64,000 bases of DNA, from assembly GCA_963741945.1 (NCBI GenBank), contig CAVUKA010000001.1:1152001-1216000 (forward strand), given 5' to 3'. Each line of letters opens with the position of its first letter. The stretch's first letter is position 1. Position numbers and translations under genes: made by a program. Below, piece by piece: positions 47,765-57,747 of the stretch. The DNA is from an uncultured Gemmatimonadales bacterium. Its GTDB lineage: Bacteria; Gemmatimonadota; Gemmatimonadetes; Longimicrobiales; RSA9. The notes under the pieces are model-generated. The model saw only the letters and a list, made by a program, of their open reading frames with translations, ran no database searches and had not been told where the DNA came from.

Positions 47765-49050
47765 GGCTGGAGATCCGTGGGGCCGTGGTGGACGGCGGGC
47801 CGAAGGACATGGGAGTCGAGGATGGTCGCATCGGGTGGATCGGGAACGCGGGCCACGCCAGCGCCAGCCGGCCGCCGGGCGACCCGCCCGACCGGGTGAT
47901 CGACGCCCGCGGACTGCACGCGTTCCCCGGCCTCCGCAACGGTCACACCCACGCGGCCATGACGCTCTTCCGCGGCTGGGGCGACGACCTCCCGCTCATG
48001 GAGTGGCTGCGCACCCGGATCTGGCCGGCGGAAGCGAAGCTGTCGGAAGCGGACGTGTACGCCGGGACACGGCTGGCCCTGGTGGAGATGATCCGCTCCG
48101 GAACCACCTACTTCAACGACATGTACTGGCACCGCCCGGCCGTGGTGAGGGCGGTGGAGGAGATGGGGATCCGCGCGCACGTCGGATCCGTCTTCATCGA
48201 CCATGGCGACGCGAGCGGCGTCGAAGCGGGCGAGCAGCGCGCGTCGATCCTCCGGCAGGTCGAGGAGCGCGGATCGCTGGGGCCGCGCGTCCAGGTGGCG
48301 CTGGCGCCCCACGCCATCTATACCGTCGCCCCCGAGAGCCTGGAGTGGCTCGGCGTCCTCGCCGCCGAGCACGGCCTCCTCTTCCACATCCACCTCTCCG
48401 AGACCCGGGACGAAGTGGAGGCGTGCGTCGCGAAGCACGGCGTCCGCCCCGCCGAGTACCTCCGCCGGCGCGGGCTCCTCGGCCCCAACCTCGTGGCCGC
48501 CCACGGCGTCTATCTCGACCCCGGGGAGATGGAGCGCATGGCCGAGGCCGGCGCCACGGTCGTGACCAATCCCACCGCCAACATGAAGCTGGCGACGGGC
48601 GGGATCTTCGACTACGGGGCCGCGAAAGCCGCCGGACTGCGCGTGGCCCTCGGCACCGATGGCGCCGGGTCGAACAACAACCTGGACATGGTCGAGGAGA
48701 TGAAGACGGTGGCGCTGGTGCAGAAGCACCTGGCCGGAGATCCCACGGTCATGACCGCGCGCGACGCCCTCGGTCTGGCCACCACCGCCGCCGCCGAGGC
48801 GTTCGGGCTCGGCAGCGGCCGGCTCGAGCCGGGCGCCGCTGCGGACCTCATCCTCGTGGACCTGGCGGACCCGTCCACTCAGCCCGTGCACGACCCGGTC
48901 TCCGCGCTCGTCTATGCTGCCAATGGAAGCGCGGTCCACACCACCATCTGCGACGGCCGCGTGCTCATGCACGATCGGCGGCTGGAGGTGGCGGACAGCG
49001 CCGAGATCGTGGCGGAGGCGGTGCGAGCGGCGGAGCGGCTGGAGGGCTAG
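47761..49050 (+). CDS. 5'-methylthioadenosine/SAH/5'-deoxyadenosine deaminase (MtaD/DadD-like amidohydrolase)
   Basis: HTHAAM, PHAIY, HIHLSET and GTDG.GSNN motifs. Confidence 0.85.
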   Translation: MRLEIRGAVVDGGPKDMGVEDGRIGWIGNAGHASASRPPGDPPDRVIDARGLHAFPGLRNGHTHAAMTLFRGWGDDLPLMEWLRTRIWPAEAKLSEADVYAGTRLALVEMIRSGTTYFNDMYWHRPAVVRAVEEMGIRAHVGSVFIDHGDASGVEAGEQRASILRQVEERGSLGPRVQVALAPHAIYTVAPESLEWLGVLAAEHGLLFHIHLSETRDEVEACVAKHGVRPAEYLRRRGLLGPNLVAAHGVYLDPGEMERMAEAGATVVTNPTANMKLATGGIFDYGAAKAAGLRVALGTDGAGSNNNLDMVEEMKTVALVQKHLAGDPTVMTARDALGLATTAAAEAFGLGSGRLEPGAAADLILVDLADPSTQPVHDPVSALVYAANGSAVHTTICDGRVLMHDRRLEVADSAEIVAEAVRAAERLEG

Positions 49051-49060
49051 AAGAGAGTCC

Positions 49061-49113
49061 GCCGGGTTGGCCGGGTTGGCCGGTTGGCCGGGTTGGCGGG
49101 TTGGGGGGTTGGC
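49061..49113. repeat. Degenerate tandem repeat (GCCGGGTTG)~x6
   Basis: Six GGTTGG cores at 8-9-nt spacing between convergent genes. Confidence 0.8.
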
Positions 49114-49146
49114 GGAGGCGGGCGGGGTGGGGACCGGAACGCGCCG

Positions 49147-49764
49147 CTATCTCACCGGCGCGCGGAGATCGAGCTCCCGGCCGCTGCGGAAGCGCAGCGT
49201 GAGCGCCACCGTGTCCCCCTTCACGAGCGGGTCGATCAGGCCGATCAGCATGATGTGGTAGCCCCCGGGCTCCAGCACCGCCTCCCCTCCGGCCGGCACC
49301 GCGACGGAGTCCACCTGCCGCATCCGCATCACGTCATCCCGCATCGAGACTTCGTGGATCTCGACCGCGGAAGCTGCCGGCGACGACGCGGCCACCAGAG
49401 CGTCCCCGGCGTCGCCTGCGTTGCGGATCGCGAGGTACGCGGCGGAATTCACCGGCGGGCGGGCGGAATCGGGGCCGATCTCGGGGACAATGGCGGCCCG
49501 GACCCACGGATCGAAGGCTGCCAGGCCATCCACGGAAGCGGCCGGGGCCGCCGCGGCGCTGTCGCCGCGCTCGTCGCCCGCCAGGATCGCGCCCTCTCCC
49601 GCGCCGTCGGAGGCACTGCCTCCGCCGTCGCTGCACCCTGCCAGCGCCGCGAGGGCCAACGGAGCCAGGAGCGCCAGAGCACGGACAGCCGCCCGGACTC
49701 GCCCGGGCGCCCGCGTGCACGCCCGCGCTCGGAGGCGCGCCGGAGCACCGGGTGAGGCGCTCAC
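49147..49764 (-). CDS. Copper chaperone PCu(A)C
   Basis: PWVRA, AAYL.I.N, VEIHE..M...VMRM and PGGYHIMLIGL; lipobox LAGC. Confidence 0.88.
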   Translation of the reverse strand: MSASPGAPARLRARACTRAPGRVRAAVRALALLAPLALAALAGCSDGGGSASDGAGEGAILAGDERGDSAAAAPAASVDGLAAFDPWVRAAIVPEIGPDSARPPVNSAAYLAIRNAGDAGDALVAASSPAASAVEIHEVSMRDDVMRMRQVDSVAVPAGGEAVLEPGGYHIMLIGLIDPLVKGDTVALTLRFRSGRELDLRAPVR

Positions 49765-50360
49765 AGGATCGCCTTCAGGTCGGCCGCCATCTGCTCGGGC
49801 TCCAGGGTGGGCCCCCAGATCAGCTCCACGCCCCCCTCGGGGTTCACCACCGTGATCGCCGCCGTGTGATCGATCAGGTAGCCCGTGGCCTCGGAGCCCT
49901 CCCGCTTCGCGTAGTAGATCCCGTAGTCTTTCGCCACGCGCGCGATCGCCTCCGGCGACCCCGTCACCCCGAGGATCCCCGGGCTCACCGCTCGCGCGTA
50001 CGCCGCCACCCGCTCCGGCGAGTCCCGCTCTGGGTCCACGCTCACGAACACCACCTGCACGCGGCCGCGCTCCTTCCCCAGCGCGTCCAGCATCCGGCTC
50101 AGGCGGAGGAGCGTGGTGGGGCAGACATCGGGGCACGACGTGTAGCCGAAGAACAGGACCACCGCCTTCCCCCGCAGCTCCGAGAGACGGACGTCGCCCG
50201 TGTCCGTGCGCAGCGTGAACGGGGGCGCCGGCGTCGCCGGCTCGAGGTGCGTCCCGGCGAACCCGTGCCGCGTCCGCCCCAGCGCCGCCCCGACGACGAG
50301 CACCACCACCAGCGCCGCGCCGGTGACCAGGAGCATCCAGATCAGTCGCTGTCGTATCAT
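49761..50360 (-). CDS. SCO1/SenC family copper protein
   Basis: FGYTSCPDVCP, VSVDPERD and YLIDHT motifs. Confidence 0.93.
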   Translation of the reverse strand: MIRQRLIWMLLVTGAALVVVLVVGAALGRTRHGFAGTHLEPATPAPPFTLRTDTGDVRLSELRGKAVVLFFGYTSCPDVCPTTLLRLSRMLDALGKERGRVQVVFVSVDPERDSPERVAAYARAVSPGILGVTGSPEAIARVAKDYGIYYAKREGSEATGYLIDHTAAITVVNPEGGVELIWGPTLEPEQMAADLKAIL

Positions 50361-50506
50361 GGCCTTCCGCGTTGGGGGCGACTCCGCGGCAGCCCGCCGG
50401 CCGGACCGCGCTCGCCCCGGGGCATGCAGAAGCTTGGCCGACCCCGCGGCCGGACGCAACCGGGCACCGCTTCTCACCCCCCGACCAGGCCGCCACTGCC
50501 GAGGGG

Positions 50507-50535
50507 TTGAAAGGACCTGTCGCGCCGCCTATCTT
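50507..50535 (+). promoter_or_regulatory. Sigma70 promoter for tRNA-Ser
   Basis: TTGAAA, 17 nt, TATCTT. Confidence 0.65.
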
Positions 50536-50577
50536 TTCGTGCTCTGCGGACGCGGCATCGACCGCTTCCGCGGCTCT

Positions 50578-50661
50578 GGAGGTGTAGTCCTAATTGGTAA
50601 GGCACCGCACTCGAAATGCGGCGGGCGCAAGCCCATGGGGGTTCGAGTCCCTCCACCTCCG
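50578..50661 (+). tRNA. tRNA-Ser(CGA)
   Basis: GGAGGTG/CACCTCC acceptor, loop CTCGAAA, long variable arm, G73. Confidence 0.9.
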
Positions 50662-50676
50662 CTGACGCCAACGAGG

Positions 50677-50713
50677 GAAGGCCCCGGCGGTTTTCACCGC
50701 CGAGGCCTTTTTT
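50677..50713 (+). terminator. Intrinsic terminator after tRNA-Ser
   Basis: AAGGCCCCGGCGG-TTTTCA-CCGCCGAGGCCTT followed by T-run. Confidence 0.85.
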
Positions 50714-50903
50714 CGTCCCGCCCGCCGTCCGGAGAAAGTTGCCCCCCGTTTACCTGTGGGCTACCCTCCCCCGGCGGCAGTTCCGGAAGGAGGCGCGGCA
50801 TCCGGAGTGGCCGCTCGTGGCGAAGCTCCGGCTCACAATGCTTCCGCGTGGGCGCTCGGGAGGGCCCGCCGCGGTCACTCTTACCGTGGACAGGAAGAGA
50901 CCC

Positions 50904-52037
50904 ATGAGCGCGATGCCCGTGACGGCGCGGCTGACGGTAGCGGCGATGATGATGCTCGGCTTGTGCGGGTGCGGCGAGGGGGGCGGGGACTCCGGTCCCG
51001 TCGCACCGGAGAAGTCGGCGCCCACGGTGAAGACGATGGGCGTGAGCAACATCCTCTACAGCGCCGCCAGGGTCCGCGTCCAGATCGTGTCGAACGGAGG
51101 AGGCACGGTCACGGACAAGGGGATCTGCTGGGCCGGGCACCCCGATCCCGCCATGGCGGACCACTGCCTCTCCGACGCGGGATCAGCCTATGACTTCGCG
51201 GTCCTCATCCACGGTCTGGAGGCCAACACCGCTTACAACGTCCGGGGGTACGCCACCAACGGGTACGGCACGGCGTGGGGGGAGAACCTCCCGTTCACGA
51301 CGCTTCAGGAGGGCACCCTTCCCGCTTCGGTGGACCCGCTGATGGTTTCGAAGTGGGACGTCTTCCACTGGCCGTACAACGCCTTCTACCCGCCATACCA
51401 GGGCAATGGAGCCCCCAACGGCCGGTTCGGGGCGGCGTGTGGGCCGACCGCCTTCGCCCGCGTCCTCGGGTACTGGGGAGGCAGGATCACGGCCACGGGC
51501 CAGATCGACGCGCCGAACACGTGGGGCGACGTGCAGATGCAGGTCGACTTCGACACGCTCGTCGTGGACTATTCGAACCTGCCGGTCTCCCTGGGGTCCG
51601 GCGCGACGTTCGAGCAGTACGTGGACGTGGCCAGGGTCTTCCTCATCGCCGGTGCCATAGGACTGACCAACCAAATGGATGTCGGGACCCCGGGCGACGT
51701 CTTCATCGACGGCCTCAAAAGACATCTGAACGTCAGCGACAACGTCCGATTCGCGAGACGGTGGGAGTACTCGAGGGCGGACTGGATCGCGCTCCTCAAG
51801 AACGAGCTGGCCCACGGCCGCCCGCTGATGATCGCCGCCCGGAGCACGGATTCACCCGCGCCGGACGAGCCGGGAAGCGTGGCCGGTCACTGGTACGACA
51901 TCGAGGGATACGACGCCCAGGACCGGTTCTACATCGACTACAACATGGGCGGGTTCCGGGGCTATTTCGACGTGGATGAGTTCGGTGACTACCGGGCGTA
52001 CGGCCTGGTGGTGGTGGGGTTCGAGCCGGGCAGCTGA
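50904..52037 (+). CDS. Lipoprotein with FN3-like domain and papain-fold C10-like peptidase domain
   Basis: LCGC lipobox; GLEANTAYNVRGYATN.YGTAWG (FN3-like); ACGPTA (Cys) and GHWYDIEGYD (His). Confidence 0.7.
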   Translation: MSAMPVTARLTVAAMMMLGLCGCGEGGGDSGPVAPEKSAPTVKTMGVSNILYSAARVRVQIVSNGGGTVTDKGICWAGHPDPAMADHCLSDAGSAYDFAVLIHGLEANTAYNVRGYATNGYGTAWGENLPFTTLQEGTLPASVDPLMVSKWDVFHWPYNAFYPPYQGNGAPNGRFGAACGPTAFARVLGYWGGRITATGQIDAPNTWGDVQMQVDFDTLVVDYSNLPVSLGSGATFEQYVDVARVFLIAGAIGLTNQMDVGTPGDVFIDGLKRHLNVSDNVRFARRWEYSRADWIALLKNELAHGRPLMIAARSTDSPAPDEPGSVAGHWYDIEGYDAQDRFYIDYNMGGFRGYFDVDEFGDYRAYGLVVVGFEPGS

Positions 52038-52371
52038 CACGAGTCGACCAGACCCGCGCGTCGGCCGGAACCCACGCGCCGCGCACCGCTTCCGGTGGTC
52101 CGGCGCGGCCCCGCCCGGTGCCGGGTGCGCGCGGTCCGGGGAAGCGGGCTGGTCGCAGGCGATTGCGGGGAAAGCGGCCCCTCCGTCACATTCGTCGCCT
52201 GGAGGTGCCATGTCGATGCCCGAAGTCGTGGTCCCGGCCGCCACCCCCCCTCCCCGCACCGCTCCTGGGGGCCCTCCCGTTTCAACGCTTGGATGGTCGG
52301 CCCGGGCCGATGGTTGAGAGCATCCGGTCCGCAGCGGGAGACCGGCCAGCCTCAGCTTCGGCGCTGCCCTC

Positions 52372-52905
52372 TCAGAACGCGAACCCCACGTTCACGATCC
52401 GGAGCGTCGGGATCACCCTCAGCGCGCCGTCCGGGATGTCCCCGAGCAGCCGCTTCAGACCGAAGCCCACGCCCACGTAGAAGTTGCCGTTCCTGCCCAG
52501 CAGCCAGCTGTGGTTCGCGTCGAAGCCGTACCCGAAGTTCGTCGACGACTCCGACCACCCCTTCTGCCGCGTGGCACCGACCTTCAGCCCGAAGTTCCAC
52601 CCTTCGAGCGGCCGGCCGCCCGGGTAGAAACGGAAGAACACGTCGCCGTTGAAGTAGCTGGAGTCCTGCGTGTTGCCGAACTCGTCCGTGTCCTCGTCCC
52701 GCCCGTAGGAGCCACCCACCCCCATCGTGGAGGACTCGCTCACCACCCGCTCGACCTCCGCGTTGAACAGGTCGAGCAACAGGCCGAACGGGTTGGCCGA
52801 GACCACCTGTCGGTATCCCGCGCTCTCCTGCGCGCGCGCGGGGGCCGCGTGTGCCGCGGCAAGGACGATCAGCGCCGCCACGGACCGCCGTACGGTTCTC
52901 TGCAT
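52372..52905 (-). CDS. Small outer-membrane beta-barrel (DUF3575-like)
   Basis: Signal peptide ARA-Q, SANPFGLL, alternating beta pattern, C-terminal VNVGFAF. Confidence 0.75.
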   Translation of the reverse strand: MQRTVRRSVAALIVLAAAHAAPARAQESAGYRQVVSANPFGLLLDLFNAEVERVVSESSTMGVGGSYGRDEDTDEFGNTQDSSYFNGDVFFRFYPGGRPLEGWNFGLKVGATRQKGWSESSTNFGYGFDANHSWLLGRNGNFYVGVGFGLKRLLGDIPDGALRVIPTLRIVNVGFAF

Positions 52906-53029
52906 CGAAGGGCTCTCCAGGGAGGGTCGGGCGCCGCGCGAGCGCGCGATGATTGAGCTTAATCCCTTCCGGCTTCTTTTCAAGGGGCGACGACGGGGCG
53001 GCCCTGCCCTCACGCCGCGCCTCGCGCTC

Positions 53030-54243
53030 CTCGTGACCAGCACGCTGCTCCGCGCGGGCGCTACGGTGGAGCCGAGGCGGAGCCGGACCGGCGCCGTCGA
53101 GGACCACCAGGGACTGCGGCCGGGCCATCGGCTGAGGCCCTCTGCTGCAGCGGTGATAGACGAGGGCGTGGCCGAGCTCGAGCGCGCGGTCGAGCTCGCG
53201 CCCGACAACCCCCAGTGGCTCGCCCAGCTCGGACAGGCCATGGCAATGGCCGGCCGCGTCGACGACGCCCGGCGGATCCTGCGCCAGCTGGAGGAGCGGG
53301 CGGCGACGGAGTTCGTCGCCCCCTGCCACCTCGCCACATCCACACCGGGCTCGGGGACCACGAGCGCGCCATCGACCTCCTGGAGCGCTCGTTCGAGGAG
53401 CGGCCGCGGCGATCTACGGCATCGGGGCTCGTTCCTGTTCGCCGCGCTCCCGGTCGTACCGTTCCGCCCAACGGCTGGTCTCGCGCCGACCATCGATGAG
53501 CTGCACGTTCAGTCGGATCCTACTGGAGGAGCTCTGGACCGACCCTTCCAGCAGCGTGGAGACATTGAGATCCCCGGCGATGGCGGACAGGCGCTTTTCC
53601 GTGTCGCGATACGCCAGCACGGACCGTCGCGCGATGACGGTGAGCCCGGGCACTCTCGAGAGCGCCGTCAGCACATCGCCGTGCAGTCCGGAAGCGAGGA
53701 CCGCCACGTCGTCGGTACCGCTCAGGTTGTCGAACGGCAGCACGGCGACGGAGCTCGGGTCGGGGTGGCGCCCCGCGAGTCCGACGTCGGCGGGCCTTCG
53801 CGGGCGGCCGCACCGGTGGCGGAGCCATCACCGGCGGGTCCGCGTCAGCACCGTCCGTGCGCTCGATCCCCGTGGGCGTGACGTCGTAGGTCCAGGCCAG
53901 AACCAGGGCCAGCGGGAATGCGAACACGGCCACGGCGAAGACCACGCCTACGGTCCACGAGGGCAGCCGGGTGTACGGGAGCGCGATGTCCGAGAGCTCC
54001 ACCACCGCGGCCGCCACGGCAACATAGATCGCCGTGCTGCGGTACACCTTCCGGATGCGCAGCTCGGCCAGGAATCGGCGGATCCTCGACGTCCGGCCGG
54101 TCATCTCCGAAGGCGCTGCAGCATCATGACGCCCCGGCGTTCGCAGGTGATCCCGACGTCCGACGCGGGGATCCTCGTGCGTGCGGCTGTCGGTACGGAG
54201 CCGCTGCGGGGGCACCCCCGCTTCCAGGGCACCTCGTCAAGCC
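53030..54243. pseudogene. Scrambled TM-TolB_N-TPR gene: C-terminal TPR on +, N-terminal half inverted on -
   Basis: + strand 53030-53450 TPR remnants with frameshifts; - strand 54104-53450 ELRIRKVYR TM region and SVAVLPFDN..WAERYDRE; + strand 54201-54243 PLRGHPRFQ tail. Confidence 0.75.
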
Positions 54244-55244
54244 CGCCTCGGGCCGTCCTCGAGCAGGGCGTAATTGGTGATGAAGAGCGTCTTCTGCACG
54301 CCGCGCGTGGTTCCGAACGCGAGCGACGCGGGAAAGTCCAGCGCGGGATCCGGCTCACCGGCGGCGCCGGCCAGGTCCATCACCTCGCCGGTGGCCGGAT
54401 CGATCCGGATCACGCGGTTCTGGACGTTGAGCGCCGCGTACAGCCGCCCCTGCGCATCCACTTCCAGACCATCCAGACCGAACAGCGCCTCGCCGCCCGC
54501 CACCTGCTCCGGTGTGCCCGGCGAGCCGTCCGGGTTCACGGGGATCTCCACCACCAGCCCCTTCTCTGAGTTGGTAACGTAGAGGCTCCCTTCGTGGAAC
54601 GCGATGCCGTTCGCGCCCACGGGCACGCCCAGCCCGAACGCGCCCGTGCCTTCCAACGTCGGATCCTGGATCCAGATCCCGACCTCGCCCGCAGGATCGA
54701 TCCGCCACACTGCGCCCTGGCCCGAGTCGGTCACGTAGAGCGACCCGCGGGGGTCGGACGCCATTCCGTTCGGGAATACGATGTCCTCCGTGCCCGCCAG
54801 GCGAATGGCCTCGCCGCCGTTCCGGCCGATCCGGTACACGCCGACAGTGGCGGGGTCGAACGAGGCCAGCGCGGCGTAGACATCGCCTGCGGGAGTCGTC
54901 GCCAGCCCCACCGCGCCCGGAGCACCCTCGGGAACGTCGCCGGCCAGCGTGGCGAACACCGACCGCGTCCCGGCCGGCGTGATCCGCACCACCTCGCCCA
55001 GCGGCGCGTACGTGGTGTACAGGTTGCCCCGCTTGTCGAACGCGAGCCCTTCCGGCATCTCGTGCGCCGCCATGTCGAACAGCGCGAACGCCTGCGCATC
55101 GCCGATCGCGCCGACATGCGCGGACGACGACGCCTTCGACGCGGTGGCGTCCTCCGTTGTGATCGCGTTGGCGCCCCCATCCGCGCACGCGGCGCTGGCG
55201 AGCAGCAGAAGGACGGGAATGGCGGGTCGGCGTAGTACCGGCAT
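54237..55244 (-). CDS. SMP-30/gluconolactonase-like beta-propeller lipoprotein
   Basis: PEGLAFD, FPNGMA.D..G.LYVTDS, ANGIAF and FPASLAFG; ASAAC lipobox-like. Confidence 0.82.
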   Translation of the reverse strand: MPVLRRPAIPVLLLLASAACADGGANAITTEDATASKASSSAHVGAIGDAQAFALFDMAAHEMPEGLAFDKRGNLYTTYAPLGEVVRITPAGTRSVFATLAGDVPEGAPGAVGLATTPAGDVYAALASFDPATVGVYRIGRNGGEAIRLAGTEDIVFPNGMASDPRGSLYVTDSGQGAVWRIDPAGEVGIWIQDPTLEGTGAFGLGVPVGANGIAFHEGSLYVTNSEKGLVVEIPVNPDGSPGTPEQVAGGEALFGLDGLEVDAQGRLYAALNVQNRVIRIDPATGEVMDLAGAAGEPDPALDFPASLAFGTTRGVQKTLFITNYALLEDGPRRA

Positions 55245-55344
55245 ATGACCTCCTGGAGAGTGGAAGGAGCCCAGCGAAGGCGGGGAATGGCCCGTTCGAC
55301 TGAGATTCCACAGACGAAGATCAGTCGACGAAACGCGCGGGGGC

Positions 55345-57747
55345 TCAATCCAGGAAGTTCAGCGACTTCAGCAGCGCGACGAAGCGGGGGTCGGAGCGAA
55401 GCGGGTCGAAGATCGGGTCGTGGCCGATCCAGCAGAGGAACTGGGAGTCGGCGGCGCGGGCGCGCTCCAGCGCCTCGGTGGCCTCTCCCGACTCCCCGAG
55501 CCCGAGGTGTACCAGGGCGAGATTGAACGGCGCCACCGTTGCGTCCGGTGACTCGGCGCGGAGGGTGTCGAGCGCGGCAATGGCGCGGGGGCGGTCGCCG
55601 GCCGCGCCGTAGGCAAAGGCGAGGTACGCGGTGACGAACGGCGGTGCCCCGAGGGTCCGCGCCTCCACCAGGAAGGGGATCGCTCCCGCGAAGTCGCCCC
55701 GGGCGAGACGGGCCCATCCGCGGACCATCACCGGAAAGAAGAAGGTGGGATCGAGCTCGATGGCGCGCCGCATGAGCGAGTCGACGGTAACGGTGTCCTT
55801 CTGGAAGATGGGTGCGATGGTGGCATCGACCAGCACCTGGGGCGAAAGCGGGTCGAGCGCCGCCGCGAGCCGGCTCTCGGCCGCGGATTCCGCGTAGCGC
55901 CCGGTGAAGGCGAGGTTCAGGGCGAACTGGTCGTGCGCGAACGCGTAGCTCGGGTTGAGGGCGATGGCGCGTCGGAACTCCGCTTCGCTCCCGCTCCAGT
56001 CGTATTCGTAGAAGAGCTTGAACACGGCGAGGGACGTGCGCGCCTCCGCGGAGCGCGGGTCCAGCGACACCGCTTTCTCCGCGGCGGCCCTCGCCCGGGG
56101 CTCGGCGGCCGAAGCAGTGATGAACCCCTCGTTGTAGCCGGCCCACAGGTAGGCGTCGGACAGTCCCGAGTAGGCGGGTGCGAACGTTGAGTCGATGGCA
56201 ACCGCCTGCTGGAACTGCTGGATCGCCTTCCGCAGGTTCTCGTCGCTTGGCCGGTTGAAGAAGTAGCGACCCATGAGGTACGCGTCGTGGGCGCGCGGGT
56301 CGACGGTGGGCGCCGCGGCCAGGCGAGTCTGCTCGCTCGCGGTCAGGCGGATGTCGATGGCATCGGCGATGGCGGCCGCCAGGTCGGATTGCAGCGCCAG
56401 GACGTCGCTCGAGCGGCGTTCGAAGCTGCGGGCCCACAGGTGCCTGTCCGCGCGCGCGTCGATGAGCTGCGCGTTGATCCGCACCCGGTCTCCTTCGCGC
56501 ACGACCGACCCCTCCACCACCGCGTCCACGCCGAGCGATTTCGCGATCTCCGGCATGGCGGGGCGGCTCCGACCCTGGAACTGCATGGCGGACCCCCGCG
56601 AGATGACGCGGAGCTGGCTGATGGTGGCGAGCGCGGTGGTCAGCTCGTCCGTCATGCCTTCCGCGAAGTAGTCCTGGGCCGGGTCGCCGGAGTAGTTGTC
56701 GAGCGGCAGGACGGCGACGGAGCGGATCCCGCCACTCCCGGCAGCGTCGGCCGTGCTCGGCGCTGCCGCAGGGGGGCCGGGCAGCCCGTAGCGGCCGATC
56801 GCCGCGACCGCCACGCCGGCGATGACCACGAGCGCTGCGACGACGGCGCGGCGCCAGCGTGGCCCCCACTTCTTCCCACCCGCGGGGGCCGGCCGCACAG
56901 CCGTAGCCGGAGCGGTGAGCGCGTCCGCGAGTTCGCGGGCAGTGGCGAAGCGGTCGGCCGGCTCCCTGGCCAGGGCGCGCGTGATGGCGGCCTCCAGCTC
57001 CGGGGGAACCCCGTCCCGCAGCACGTGCACCGGCGTGGGGCGCTCCGTCAGGAGCTTCGCGATCAGGGCGCGCGCGGTACTCCCGGTCACGGGCGGCTCG
57101 CCGGTCAGCATCTCGTACGCCACCGCGCCGAGCGAGTAGATGTCGGTGCGCGCATCGATATCGCGCTCTCCCGTGACCTGCTCCGCGCTCATGTACGAGG
57201 GTGTGCCCACGGAGAGGCCGGTGCCGGTGAGACGGTCGCCGGAGAGATCGGCAAGGGCGATGGCGATGCCGAAGTCGGCCAGCAGCGCCTCGCCCTCATG
57301 GAGCAGGATGTTCGCCGGCTTCAGGTCACGGTGGACGACGCCGCGCCGATGGGCGAAGTCGAGTGCGCTCGCCACCTGTCCGACGATCCGGACGACCTCC
57401 ATGACCGGCAGCACCTTTTCACGGTCGAGGCGCTCCCGGACGGATCCCCCTTCCACCAGCGGCATGACGTAGAAGAGGACGCCGTCGGCTTCGCCGGAGT
57501 CGTAGAGCGGCAGGATGTGCGGGTGCTGGAGGTTCGCGGTGACCTGGATTTCCCGGAGGAACCGCGTGGAGCCGATCGCCGCGGCGAGCTCCGGCTGGAG
57601 CACCTTGATGGCGACCTGCCGGTCGTGACGGAGGTCGTGCGCGGCGAAGACCGTGGCCATTCCGCCGCGTCCGAGCACGCGATCGAGGCGGTAGCGGCCG
57701 GCGAGCGCCTGGTTCAGCCGGTCCAGCGGCCACGGGAGGTCGTTCAC
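55345..57747 (-). CDS. Hanks-type Ser/Thr kinase with TM, TolB_N-like and TPR domains
   Basis: GRGGMATV, VAIK, HRDLKPAN, DFG, GTPSYMS, SVAVLPL, TPRs and FDPLRSDPRF. Confidence 0.93.
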   Translation of the reverse strand: MNDLPWPLDRLNQALAGRYRLDRVLGRGGMATVFAAHDLRHDRQVAIKVLQPELAAAIGSTRFLREIQVTANLQHPHILPLYDSGEADGVLFYVMPLVEGGSVRERLDREKVLPVMEVVRIVGQVASALDFAHRRGVVHRDLKPANILLHEGEALLADFGIAIALADLSGDRLTGTGLSVGTPSYMSAEQVTGERDIDARTDIYSLGAVAYEMLTGEPPVTGSTARALIAKLLTERPTPVHVLRDGVPPELEAAITRALAREPADRFATARELADALTAPATAVRPAPAGGKKWGPRWRRAVVAALVVIAGVAVAAIGRYGLPGPPAAAPSTADAAGSGGIRSVAVLPLDNYSGDPAQDYFAEGMTDELTTALATISQLRVISRGSAMQFQGRSRPAMPEIAKSLGVDAVVEGSVVREGDRVRINAQLIDARADRHLWARSFERRSSDVLALQSDLAAAIADAIDIRLTASEQTRLAAAPTVDPRAHDAYLMGRYFFNRPSDENLRKAIQQFQQAVAIDSTFAPAYSGLSDAYLWAGYNEGFITASAAEPRARAAAEKAVSLDPRSAEARTSLAVFKLFYEYDWSGSEAEFRRAIALNPSYAFAHDQFALNLAFTGRYAESAAESRLAAALDPLSPQVLVDATIAPIFQKDTVTVDSLMRRAIELDPTFFFPVMVRGWARLARGDFAGAIPFLVEARTLGAPPFVTAYLAFAYGAAGDRPRAIAALDTLRAESPDATVAPFNLALVHLGLGESGEATEALERARAADSQFLCWIGHDPIFDPLRSDPRFVALLKSLNFLD

